Made by a program: the position numbers and the translations under genes. The notes beneath the pieces are model-generated. The model saw nothing but the letters and a program-made list of their open reading frames with translations, searched no databases and was not told the DNA's origin. Below are positions 26,795-35,658 of a stretch of DNA of 64,000 bases, piece by piece (position 1 is the stretch's first letter; each line of letters begins with the position of its first letter). This DNA comes from Thermodesulfobacteriota bacterium (GTDB taxonomy: Bacteria; Desulfobacterota; Desulfobulbia; Desulfobulbales; SURF-16): positions 41,770 to 105,769 of the forward strand of contig JBFMAY010000006.1 in NCBI GenBank assembly GCA_040755455.1. Reading direction: 5' to 3'.

Positions 26795-29278
26795 TCATTG
26801 CAACTGTTGCTCATTTGTTTCGGCCTGGGGCTTTTGTCCGGCAATGAGCAGCTTTTCAATATCTTCGGCAGGCATCGGTCTATAGAAATAAAATCCCTGA
26901 ATGCTGTCGCAGCCTTTATCCCGTAAGAACTCATATTGATCTTGCTGTTCCACCCCTTCCGCCACCACGGAGAGATTCAGGCATTTGGCCAGGGCGATGA
27001 TCGCCGAACAAATTTCCGCGTCCTTGGGGTCGGAAGTGATGTTCATCACAAAGCTGCGGTCAATCTTTAACACATCGATGGGAAAACGTTTGAGATAGTT
27101 CAGTGACGAATAGCCCGTGCCGAAATCATCGAGACAGACCTCTACACCCGTCTTTTTGATGTCGTGCAGCATATTGATCGCTTCTTCTTCAGCCTTGAGC
27201 AGGATGCTTTCCGTCAGTTCCACCTTGAGGTATTTTCTCGGCACCCCGGTTTGGTTTAAAATTGCTGTGATGATGTTATAGATCTCTTTGCTCTGGAACT
27301 GAGGACTTGAAAGATTGACGGAAATGGGGACAACGGGAACTCCCTGCTGCTGCCAGGCTCTGATCTGTCTGACCGCTGATTTCATTACCCATGAGCCGAT
27401 CGGCACGATAAGCCCTGACTCCTCGGCCACAGGAATAAAGTTTTTGGGCGGGATCATTCCTTTTTCAGGATGCAGCCAGCGGACCAGGGCCTCAAGTCCG
27501 ACAATCTCTCTGGTCCTGGTATCCACCTGCGGCTGATAGTGCAGGATGAATTCGTTGCGCTCAATGGCCCAGCGTAGTTCTCCTTCCAGAGTCAGCCGTT
27601 CCAGCGCTTCCTTATTCATCGAGTTGGAGTAATACTGAAAATTATTTTTCCCCCTTTCCTTGGCGTGATACATGGCGATATCGGCATTTTTTATCAGATC
27701 TTCCACATTGGTTGAGTCAAAAGGGAAAACGGTGATGCCGATACTGACGGAAATGAAGATTTCATGGCTGTCGAGTTTGAAGGGTTCGGACAGGGCCAGC
27801 AGCTGCCGGCGGGCGACGATGGCCGCGTCATTTTGGTCCCGGATATGGCTCAGCAGGACAGTGAATTCATCGCCGCCCAGTCTGGCTATCATGTCCGGGT
27901 CATCGTCCATGGCTGAGACGGCGATGAAATCGGATTTTCTTATCGTTTCCTGCAACCGGCGGGCGACCTGTCTTAACAGGTTGTCGCCGAGATTGTGGCC
28001 GAGGGTATCGTTGATGCGTTTGAAATTGTCAAGATCGATGAACATCAGGGCGCATACTCTGTTGTGACGTCTGGCGTTTTCAACGGACCGATTGAAGAAG
28101 TCGAGAAACATAACCCGGTTCGGCAGCCCGGTGAGAAAATCATGATAGGCCAGGTGGCGGATCTGTTCGTGGGATTGCTGCAGGTTATTGCGCATTTCAA
28201 TAAAAGAGTGGGCCAGGTCACCGATCTCATCATCGGCACTCTGGTCGATAGTGATATCGAGGTTGCCATGACCAAGTTCGGTGGCCGCATTCCTGAGCAG
28301 TATGACCGGTTTGACAATGAACTGCTTGCCAAGATAATAGAGCAGGGCGGCAAAGATGATTATCGCAGAGACTGTGGTAAAGGCAACGGCAAGTCCGAGG
28401 CGATAGCTTGATGCATAAAGATGATTTTTTGGAATTTTGGCCAGCAGCAGGAGAGTATCGTTGACCTGCCTGCTGAGCGCCAGAAATGTGCGCTGCTTGT
28501 CACTTATTGCAAATGGGGAATCGGTTTTGCCGTTGTTGATCGCCTCCTGCAGGATTTTGTCCGGCAGGGGGGAGAGAGTCGGCTCCTTGTCCGAGTGAAA
28601 ATAGATATTGCCGTTCCTGTCCAGCAGTTGAAATGTCGTGCCATATTCATCTGCGGCTTCATTGATTTTTTTATCAATAAAATCAAGGTCGATCGTTACG
28701 GCCAGATAGCCGCGTAATGTTTTGGGCGAACTGACCGGGTTGAGATTGGGATCACGCAGCAGCATTCTCTTGCTGACAAAGAGGGAAATCTTGCCATTGT
28801 CCGGATTTCGGCAGATGCGGGTAAAAAGATCGTTTTGCGCCTGGCGCATGGCTTGAAAAATCTCCGTATTTCCTTCTTCTTCCGTGACATTCGGCTGGTC
28901 CGCCAAAACCACCCGGGTGTCTTCATAGCCGTCCGGCAGCAGGATACGTATCTCATAATAGTTTGGATTTGCCTTCTGATAACTGCTGAAGAGCCGGATA
29001 ATGGTGGGTTGCAGCAGGGTGTAGCGCACTTCCTCCTCAGTGGTGAGCAGATAGTTTTCCAGCAGGTTGGAATTGGCAAACAACTCGATGTCCTTTGCCG
29101 CGTTATCATAGAGAACCTGGATCTTGCCGCCGGTACTGTTGAGAAAGGAGCGGGTGTTGCCGACTGCCTTTTCAACCGTAGCCTCCTGCAGCATGGAAAA
29201 AGAGATGCCGCCGATGGCCAGGATGAAAATGACGACCACCGGCGTGGTGATAAAGATGATTTTTGACTGGAGTCTCAA
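26795..29278 (-). CDS. Membrane dCache-HAMP-GGDEF-EAL protein (MbaA-like)
   Basis: Two TMs around a ~270-aa periplasmic domain, then HAMP. GGDEF, EAL and DDFGTGYSS motifs are intact. TTG start. Confidence 0.92.
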   Translation of the reverse strand: MRLQSKIIFITTPVVVIFILAIGGISFSMLQEATVEKAVGNTRSFLNSTGGKIQVLYDNAAKDIELFANSNLLENYLLTTEEEVRYTLLQPTIIRLFSSYQKANPNYYEIRILLPDGYEDTRVVLADQPNVTEEEGNTEIFQAMRQAQNDLFTRICRNPDNGKISLFVSKRMLLRDPNLNPVSSPKTLRGYLAVTIDLDFIDKKINEAADEYGTTFQLLDRNGNIYFHSDKEPTLSPLPDKILQEAINNGKTDSPFAISDKQRTFLALSRQVNDTLLLLAKIPKNHLYASSYRLGLAVAFTTVSAIIIFAALLYYLGKQFIVKPVILLRNAATELGHGNLDITIDQSADDEIGDLAHSFIEMRNNLQQSHEQIRHLAYHDFLTGLPNRVMFLDFFNRSVENARRHNRVCALMFIDLDNFKRINDTLGHNLGDNLLRQVARRLQETIRKSDFIAVSAMDDDPDMIARLGGDEFTVLLSHIRDQNDAAIVARRQLLALSEPFKLDSHEIFISVSIGITVFPFDSTNVEDLIKNADIAMYHAKERGKNNFQYYSNSMNKEALERLTLEGELRWAIERNEFILHYQPQVDTRTREIVGLEALVRWLHPEKGMIPPKNFIPVAEESGLIVPIGSWVMKSAVRQIRAWQQQGVPVVPISVNLSSPQFQSKEIYNIITAILNQTGVPRKYLKVELTESILLKAEEEAINMLHDIKKTGVEVCLDDFGTGYSSLNYLKRFPIDVLKIDRSFVMNITSDPKDAEICSAIIALAKCLNLSVVAEGVEQQDQYEFLRDKGCDSIQGFYFYRPMPAEDIEKLLIAGQKPQAETNEQQLQ

Positions 29279-29287
29279 AAAATGGCC

Positions 29288-30370
29288 CTACTGGATGACG
29301 AGGTTGAAAATATCGTTATATTTTTTTGCTACTCGGGGTGGAAGATCTGTATAGGTTTCGGATTTTTCCAGAATTTCCCGGGTTGGATAGATATTATGAT
29401 CATCCCTGAATCCCTGGGGCAGGAGTTTTTCCGCCGCCGTGTTTGTTGTCGCATACGAGGCATACTGGGCCAGTCTTGCCATGATGGCTGGTTCATGAAT
29501 AAAATTAAGGAACTTGTAGGCCAGCTCTTTTTTCTTTGAAGAGGCAGGGATCACGAAAAAATCACACCAGAGAGAACAGCCTTCCTTGGGCTGGACGAAG
29601 GCAATGGCCGGGTCGCGCTGCTGCAGCACCAGGGCGTCACCATTGTAAATCATGGCCATGAAGGCATCCCCGCTCAGCATGGACGAATTTTCCCCGAGCG
29701 TCACATAGGAATAGGTTTTGACGGAGGGCTTCTGGGCCAGGAGCAATTGCTTGGCTGCTTCGAGTTCATTGCTGTCCGTTGAGTTGGCGGAATAGCCAAG
29801 GGCCTTGAGGGCCATACCCACCAGGTCGCGGGAGTACTTAATCATAATGATTTTGCCTTGCAACGCCTCCTCGGGTTTGAACAGGTCCAGCCAGCCTGTC
29901 ACCGGCTTCGTTGTTTTATCCTTTCGATAGGCGATACCTAAAGTGCCCCATAGAAAGGGGACGCCATACTGTTCCGCATCCGGGAATGAGTTGCGCCACT
30001 TGCGACTCACGTACTGCAGGTTCGGAATATGCTGGTCACTGACGGGCGCCAGCCAGTTATGCTTGGCGTAGGCAGAGATTGACGAGCCGTTGGACAGCAC
30101 GAGATCATATCCGATGCCATTGGTGTTGAACAGGATTTCATTTCTTATTTCATCGGTTTCGTAATAGGTCTCGGTCACGGTAATGCCGAATTTTTTCTCA
30201 AACTCGGCAAGAACCTCGGGATCGAAATATTCGGACCAGTTGAGGAGCTTCAGCTGGTTGTCAACATCCTGACTTGCCAACGCATTGCTGGTGCGGATCA
30301 GATAAAAAGACACAACAGACAGCAAAATCACCAGCAGTGAAAAACTTTTTTTTAATACGGCCGTGTACAT
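29288..30370 (-). CDS. PotD/PotF-family polyamine-binding periplasmic protein (NspS-like, orphan)
   Basis: LNWSEYFDP...FEKKFGI, YGVPFLWGTLGIAY, QPKEG...WCD and AYKFLNF motifs. Lies 9 bp upstream of the GGDEF-EAL gene, with no potABC. Confidence 0.88.
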   Translation of the reverse strand: MYTAVLKKSFSLLVILLSVVSFYLIRTSNALASQDVDNQLKLLNWSEYFDPEVLAEFEKKFGITVTETYYETDEIRNEILFNTNGIGYDLVLSNGSSISAYAKHNWLAPVSDQHIPNLQYVSRKWRNSFPDAEQYGVPFLWGTLGIAYRKDKTTKPVTGWLDLFKPEEALQGKIIMIKYSRDLVGMALKALGYSANSTDSNELEAAKQLLLAQKPSVKTYSYVTLGENSSMLSGDAFMAMIYNGDALVLQQRDPAIAFVQPKEGCSLWCDFFVIPASSKKKELAYKFLNFIHEPAIMARLAQYASYATTNTAAEKLLPQGFRDDHNIYPTREILEKSETYTDLPPRVAKKYNDIFNLVIQ

Positions 30371-30602
30371 GAAATACCCCCAGGGTGATAATCTCTATTC
30401 TATAGTGTTTCTTACTAACCTTGTGAGTAATTTTTGCAAATTTCAACAAATTTAAGTGGCCTCAAACAGTGAAAGTCGACACGTAAAAACGTTTTACGGT
30501 ATGTTTTTTGTGAGGCCTGCAGTTAAAAAGAGAAAATAGTGCAAAAAAAAGAAAATAATTATAGATAGATGCTTGTAAAATCCTGGAAAAAATATTAATG
30601 TA

Positions 30603-30621
30603 ATTAGTAATTATTTCTATC
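30603..30621. promoter_or_regulatory. PerR/Fur-type operator
   Basis: Imperfect 9-1-9 palindrome ATTAGTAAT-T-ATTTCTATC just upstream of the Fur-family gene. Confidence 0.7.
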
Positions 30622-30639
30622 AAATAGAAGGAGGCTGAA

Positions 30640-31050
30640 ATGGAGACGACAAACAAGCTGCGCATGACCAAGCAGCGGCAGGTAATTCTGGAGGAGTTAC
30701 GAAAGGTTAAGACCCATCCCACCGCTGATGACATGTACCAGATGCTGCGAAAGAAGATGCCGAAAATCAGTTTGGGGACTGTCTACAGAAATTTGGAAAT
30801 CCTATCAGAATCTGGTATTATTCAAAAACTGGATGTTGGTGGAACCCAGAAAAGGTTTGATGGAGACATCAGCATTCATTCTCATGTCCGTTGTGTTAAC
30901 TGCGGACGGGTTGGCGATATCGATGTGAGGCCGAAATATAATCTCGAGGCAGAGGCGCAGAAAATGACGGATTTTGAAATTTTCCGGCACCGGCTCGAGT
31001 TTACCGGTCTTTGCCCGATATGCCAGCAGAAGAAAAAAGCAGTGGCGTAA
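30640..31050 (+). CDS. perR: Fur-family regulator, probably PerR
   Basis: HPTA, ISLGTVYRNL, HSHVRCVNC and CPIC motifs. Heads a peroxide/superoxide defence operon. Confidence 0.82.
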   Translation: METTNKLRMTKQRQVILEELRKVKTHPTADDMYQMLRKKMPKISLGTVYRNLEILSESGIIQKLDVGGTQKRFDGDISIHSHVRCVNCGRVGDIDVRPKYNLEAEAQKMTDFEIFRHRLEFTGLCPICQQKKKAVA

Positions 31051-31119
31051 GCGTTAGTGGGTGTGGGCTGCGCGCCGCTCGTTTCAGCGAAATTGCTGCC
31101 AACTGAAAAGGAGAAGAGG

Positions 31120-31494
31120 ATGACAAAACAGCTTGAAGTCTACAAATGTGAACTGTGCGGGAACATTGTTGAAGTTCTCCATACTGGAGCGGGTGAGCTG
31201 GTCTGCTGTGGACAGCCTATGAAGCTTTTTGTTGAAAATACGGTTGACGCTGCCAAGGAAAAACATGTGCCCGTTATCGAAAAAATTGATGGGGGATACA
31301 AGGTGAAACTGGGATCTGTGCCTCATCCCATGGAAGAAAAGCATTATATTGAATGGATTGAGCTGGTTGCCGGCAGCAAGGTGCAGCGTCAGTTTCTGAA
31401 GCCAGGGGATGCTCCGGAAGCTGCTTTTCAAACGACGGCGAAAGATGTCTCGGCGCGGGCCTACTGTAACCTGCATGGACTGTGGAGGAGCTAG
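31120..31494 (+). CDS. dfx: Desulfoferrodoxin (2Fe superoxide reductase)
   Basis: YKCELCGN...[21 protein letters not shown] and YCNLHG motifs. Confidence 0.95.
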   Translation: MTKQLEVYKCELCGNIVEVLHTGAGELVCCGQPMKLFVENTVDAAKEKHVPVIEKIDGGYKVKLGSVPHPMEEKHYIEWIELVAGSKVQRQFLKPGDAPEAAFQTTAKDVSARAYCNLHGLWRS

Positions 31495-31497
31495 CCG

Positions 31498-32004
31498 ATG
31501 CTGAGTAAAAACATGGAAAAAGCTCTCAATGAGCAGGTTAACTGGGAACTTTATTCTTCTTATTTCTATCTGTCCATGAGTTCCTATTTCGCATCAACCA
31601 GCCTGGCCGGCTGCGCCAACTGGATGAGGGTCCAGGCCCAGGAAGAACTCTTTCATGCCATAAAAATTTATGATTATATCAATGAGCGCGGCGGCAGGGC
31701 TGTTCTGGCGGCCATTGCCAAGCCTCCAGCCGAGTGGAAGGCGCCCCTGCATGTTTTTGAGGAGGTATTGTCCCATGAGCAGAAGGTGACCGCCCTGATC
31801 AATGGTCTGGTCAATCTGGCGGTTGATGAGCGGGACCATGCTACCAACAATTTTTTACAGTGGTTCGTCTCCGAGCAGGTTGAGGAAGAGGCCTCGGCCA
31901 GTTCGGTGCTGGAGAAGTTCAAGCTGATCGGCAAGGACAAAAGCGGACTCTTTGCCATTGATCTGGAACTGGCTAAGAGGGTGTTCACCCCGCCGGCCCA
32001 GTAG
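31498..32004 (+). CDS. ftn: Non-heme ferritin
   Basis: [20 protein letters not shown] and [13 protein letters not shown] motifs. Confidence 0.93.
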   Translation: MLSKNMEKALNEQVNWELYSSYFYLSMSSYFASTSLAGCANWMRVQAQEELFHAIKIYDYINERGGRAVLAAIAKPPAEWKAPLHVFEEVLSHEQKVTALINGLVNLAVDERDHATNNFLQWFVSEQVEEEASASSVLEKFKLIGKDKSGLFAIDLELAKRVFTPPAQ

Positions 32005-32031
32005 TTACTGTAAAAAAAAGTAAAAAACGGC

Positions 32032-32067
32032 AGCCACCGTGACAAGAATGTCATGGTGGCTTTTTTT
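32032..32067 (+). terminator. Rho-independent terminator
   Basis: AGCCACCGTGACA-agaa-TGTCATGGTGGCT followed by a T run. Confidence 0.85.
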
Positions 32068-32165
32068 ATGGCGCAAGATTTTTTTGAAATTGCCAATGTA
32101 ATTATTAGATGGTAAGTGTTTTGTATTATTTAACAAGATAAATGATGCGATACAGGAGGAAGAGC

Positions 32166-33356
32166 ATGGGTGCAGTGGAGATAAAGGAAAAGATTCATTG
32201 GGTAGGCGCAGTGGACTGGAATATCCGCGATTTCCATGGGTATTCGACCTACAAGGGGACGACCTATAACGCTTTTCTGGCAATGGACGAGAAGATTGCC
32301 CTATTTGATACGGTGAAAAAGCCCTTTAAAAATGAAATGCTGCATCGTATCAATCAGCTGACCGATCCTGCTAAAATTGATTATATAATCGTCAACCATG
32401 TAGAGATGGACCACTCTGGCTGTCTGCCGGAAATGGTTGAGCTGATCAAGCCGGAGAAGATTTTTTGTTCACCCATGGGGGAGAAGGCGATTCAGAGTCA
32501 TTTCCATCCCAAGGACTGGCCCCTTGAAGTGGTGAAATCCGGCGATACCCTCAAGTTGGGCAAGAAGACGGTTCATTTCTTGGAAACCCGCATGCTGCAC
32601 TGGCCTGACAGTATGTTCTCCTATATCCCCGAGGACAAGCTCCTGATCTCCAGCGACGCCTTCGGCCAGCACTGGTCCACCTCCGAACGCTTTAATGACG
32701 AGGTGAGCGAGGGCGAACTGATGAGCCATGCGGCCAAATATTATGCCAATATCCTGATGATTTTTTCGCCCAATGTGCAGAAATTGCTGCAGACGGTGCA
32801 GGAAATGAAGCTTGACATCGATATGATCGCCCCGGATCATGGGCTGATCTGGCGTAAAAATCCCCAGCAGATCATCGATGCCTATGCCAGCTGGAGCAAT
32901 TACGAGGCCAAGGAAAAGGCGGTGGTGGTCTATGACACCATGTGGCACAGCACGGAAAAAATGGCCAGGGCCATTTACCAGGGCCTGGTGCGGGAAGGTA
33001 TCAGTGTCAAGATGATGGACCTGAAGGTGAACCACCGCAGTGATATCATCACTGAAATTCTTGACGCCAAGGCGATGCTGTTCGGCTCTCCCACCTTGAA
33101 TAATGGCATGCTGCCCACCATGGCCGATGTGCTGACCTATCTCAAGGGGCTGCGGCCGAAACGCAAAATCGGTGCGGCCTTTGGTTCATTCGGCTGGTCC
33201 GGTGAGGCGGTAAAGCATATCAACGGCTTCCTGGAGGAAATGGGGGTTGAGCTTGTTGACCCCGGCATCAAGGTGAAAAACGTTCCCACCCATGAGGATT
33301 TTCAGACATGCTTTGATCTGGGCGTCAAGGTGGGGCAGGCGGTAAAAGCCAAGTAA
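32166..33356 (+). CDS. fprA: Flavodiiron protein (FprA / rubredoxin:oxygen oxidoreductase)
   Basis: GTTYNA, HVEMDH, LHWPDSM, DAFGQH and APDHG motifs, plus a flavodoxin domain (FGSFGWSGEA). Confidence 0.94.
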   Translation: MGAVEIKEKIHWVGAVDWNIRDFHGYSTYKGTTYNAFLAMDEKIALFDTVKKPFKNEMLHRINQLTDPAKIDYIIVNHVEMDHSGCLPEMVELIKPEKIFCSPMGEKAIQSHFHPKDWPLEVVKSGDTLKLGKKTVHFLETRMLHWPDSMFSYIPEDKLLISSDAFGQHWSTSERFNDEVSEGELMSHAAKYYANILMIFSPNVQKLLQTVQEMKLDIDMIAPDHGLIWRKNPQQIIDAYASWSNYEAKEKAVVVYDTMWHSTEKMARAIYQGLVREGISVKMMDLKVNHRSDIITEILDAKAMLFGSPTLNNGMLPTMADVLTYLKGLRPKRKIGAAFGSFGWSGEAVKHINGFLEEMGVELVDPGIKVKNVPTHEDFQTCFDLGVKVGQAVKAK

Positions 33357-33405
33357 GCCGGGAGGAGCATTCCGGGTTTTCCCGCTGACAGATAAAGAAT
33401 TTTCT

Positions 33406-34089
33406 TTGAAAGAACGGGCCATAAAGAAAAAGCTGCTGCCGCTGCTGCGGGGTGATGATCTTGATCATATCCTCGCCGAGGTGCGGCTTATGCCACCCCA
33501 TCGTGTCATTTCCTCGCTGATGTCCGGGTTGTACCACGCGGATGAACAGGTCAAATGGCATACGGTGACCGTCTTCGGTCAGGTCATGGATGGCATCGCC
33601 CGGACCGACATGGAGGCGGCCCGGGTGATCATGCGGCGCATACTCTGGAATCTCAACGAGGAATCAGGCGGCATTGGCTGGGGTATGCCGGAGGCCATGG
33701 GGGAAATCATGGCGGTTAACCGGCAACTGGCCGAAGAGTATGCCCATATGCTCGTCTCCTACATGCGCGAGGAGAATTTCCTGGAACTGCCGGCCCTGCA
33801 GCACGGTCTACTGTGGGGGGTCGGCCGGCTGGCCATGGTGCGGCCGGAGCTGCTCCTGAAAAACGATGCGGACGGCTATATGGCCCTCTTTCTTGAATCC
33901 CCGGATGAGGTTGTTTTAGGGCTGGCCAGCCGCAATTTCGGTATTCTGCGGATCAAAGAGGCGGCCTATCATATCCGCGGCTTTGTCGATATCGGGCAGC
34001 CGGTCAGGCTCTATGAGGATCGCCGCATTGTTGCAACCACGGTGGGCGCGCTGGCCAGGCAGGCGCTGGCCCGCATCGGCGAGGGGTAA
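33406..34089 (+). CDS. HEAT-repeat protein (DVU0298-like)
   Basis: MRRILWNLNEESGGIGWGMPEAMGEI motif, typical of this sulfate-reducer family as I recall it. Confidence 0.75.
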   Translation: MKERAIKKKLLPLLRGDDLDHILAEVRLMPPHRVISSLMSGLYHADEQVKWHTVTVFGQVMDGIARTDMEAARVIMRRILWNLNEESGGIGWGMPEAMGEIMAVNRQLAEEYAHMLVSYMREENFLELPALQHGLLWGVGRLAMVRPELLLKNDADGYMALFLESPDEVVLGLASRNFGILRIKEAAYHIRGFVDIGQPVRLYEDRRIVATTVGALARQALARIGEG

Positions 34090-34116
34090 CGCTTGCCCGC
34101 TCTGTCCGCCGTATGG

Positions 34117-34854
34117 TCAAGAGAGAATCTCCCCCCTGGCGCTGATGACAAACTCCTGCTGCTTGATGTCCTTGCCGGCCCGTTGCAGTGCTTCGCTGAT
34201 GATGGAACGCATGCTGGCGCAGCAGGGAACCTCCATGATGACCGAGGTGATGCTTTTGATGGCCCGGGTACTGAAAATTTCCGTGAATTTTGCAATATAA
34301 CTTTCCCGGTCATCAAATTTGGGACAACCCATCATCACCACTCTGCCCTGGATGAAATCCTGATGAAAATCAGGGTAGGCAATGGGTGCACAGTCGGCGA
34401 CAATGAGCAGATCACTTTTTTCGAGAAACGGCGCGGTGGCCGGGACAAGTCGGATCTGCACCGGCCAGTGGCAAAGGGCGGAGGCGGACGTGCCGCTCAT
34501 GGCCCGCGGCTGATTAGCAGCCTGGCATGGGGTCTGGGCCTGGAAACTCTGCAGCTTGCCTGATGGGCAGCCGCAAGGGATTGCTGCAGCCGTCTTGTTT
34601 TGTTCCTCTTTTATCTTAAGAAATTCCTCCACCGCCTTTTCATCGAAATCATCCGCGTCCCGTTCAATGATCTTCAGGGCGCCGGTGGGGCATTCCCCCA
34701 GACAGGCGCCAAGGCCGTCACAAAATTTTTCGGCCACCAGCCTGGCCTTGCCGTCAATAATCTGCAGGGCCGCTTCGGCGCAGCCGGTGACGCACTGGCC
34801 GCAGCCGTTACAGAGTTCGTCGTCTATTTCAATGATTTTGCGTTTTATTTTCAT
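34117..34854 (-). CDS. 2x[4Fe-4S] ferredoxin-domain protein of the hcp operon
   Basis: CNGCGQCVTGC, CDGLGACLGECP, GCPKFDD and MEVPCC motifs. Confidence 0.88.
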   Translation of the reverse strand: MKIKRKIIEIDDELCNGCGQCVTGCAEAALQIIDGKARLVAEKFCDGLGACLGECPTGALKIIERDADDFDEKAVEEFLKIKEEQNKTAAAIPCGCPSGKLQSFQAQTPCQAANQPRAMSGTSASALCHWPVQIRLVPATAPFLEKSDLLIVADCAPIAYPDFHQDFIQGRVVMMGCPKFDDRESYIAKFTEIFSTRAIKSITSVIMEVPCCASMRSIISEALQRAGKDIKQQEFVISARGEILS

Positions 34855-34858
34855 AATG

Positions 34859-35599
34859 TCAACTCGTTTTATTTTTTAAAAGTACCTCAGCGGCGACCCG
34901 CCGGCCCGTTTCCGTGAGAAAGGATTTCTCGACGATCTTTTGCAGGTGATCCGGCGGCGAAGGAGATTCCTTCTGCGCCTCATCAAGATTGGTGATGAGG
35001 TCGGCGTCGTACAGCACCTTGAAGTTGGTTGTTTCCTCCTGGCGCGGGTGATGGTGGTGGCCGATAATGTCGCAGACCTCGGCAATCAACGTCTCATCCG
35101 CCTGGAGACGGGTCAGGATCTCCCTGGCCACCGGCGGCCCTTCCTGGTGCTGATACCTGGCGGAACTGCTGTTGAATTTTCTTTCCGCCTCCTTGATGCC
35201 GATATCGTGCAAATAGGCGCAGATGAGGACCACGGCCGGGTCTCCCTGTTCGGTGCGGTTGATCTCTTCCGCATAGTGGGCGACCTTGCTGGCATGGCCG
35301 ATGCGTTTGAAATCAGTGCCGAAATAACGCTTCATCTCCACCGCCACCCGGTCTTTCAAGGACTGGGCGGCCGTGGTCTTCAGTGCGTCGGGTAAGGCGC
35401 CGAGACATTGAGCGGCGTGGGGACAATAGGCGGCGCAGCCGAAATCGATGCGCGGGTTCAGCATACGGTGCCCGCACGATCTGCATGTTCTGCTGGCATC
35501 ATCCTTAAAAAACTCGAGAGGATGCTGGCATTTGGGGCATTTCACCTCAAAGATCGCCGCGCTTTCCCAGTAACGGCTGTCCTGTCCGGGGCATTGCAT
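34859..35599 (-). CDS. HD-domain protein with an N-terminal Cys-rich metal-binding domain
   Basis: CPKC, CRSC, CAAYC...C, then H...LHDIG...HHHH...DAD. Confidence 0.82.
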   Translation of the reverse strand: MQCPGQDSRYWESAAIFEVKCPKCQHPLEFFKDDASRTCRSCGHRMLNPRIDFGCAAYCPHAAQCLGALPDALKTTAAQSLKDRVAVEMKRYFGTDFKRIGHASKVAHYAEEINRTEQGDPAVVLICAYLHDIGIKEAERKFNSSSARYQHQEGPPVAREILTRLQADETLIAEVCDIIGHHHHPRQEETTNFKVLYDADLITNLDEAQKESPSPPDHLQKIVEKSFLTETGRRVAAEVLLKNKTS

Positions 35600-35620
35600 A
35601 CCTTGCTCCTTTGTAAAATA

Positions 35621-35646
35621 AAGGGGAAGGAAGCATCCTTCCCCTT
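35621..35646 (-). terminator. Hairpin/terminator after hcp
   Basis: AAGGGGAAGGA-agca-TCCTTCCCCTT, followed by TATTTT on the minus strand. Confidence 0.6.
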
Positions 35647-35658
35647 GCGCGATAAAAC

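Noticed and set aside
26795..29278. Hypr-type cGAMP synthase
   Set aside because: The substrate-specifying position is the canonical Asp (GHNLGD), not Ser/Thr.
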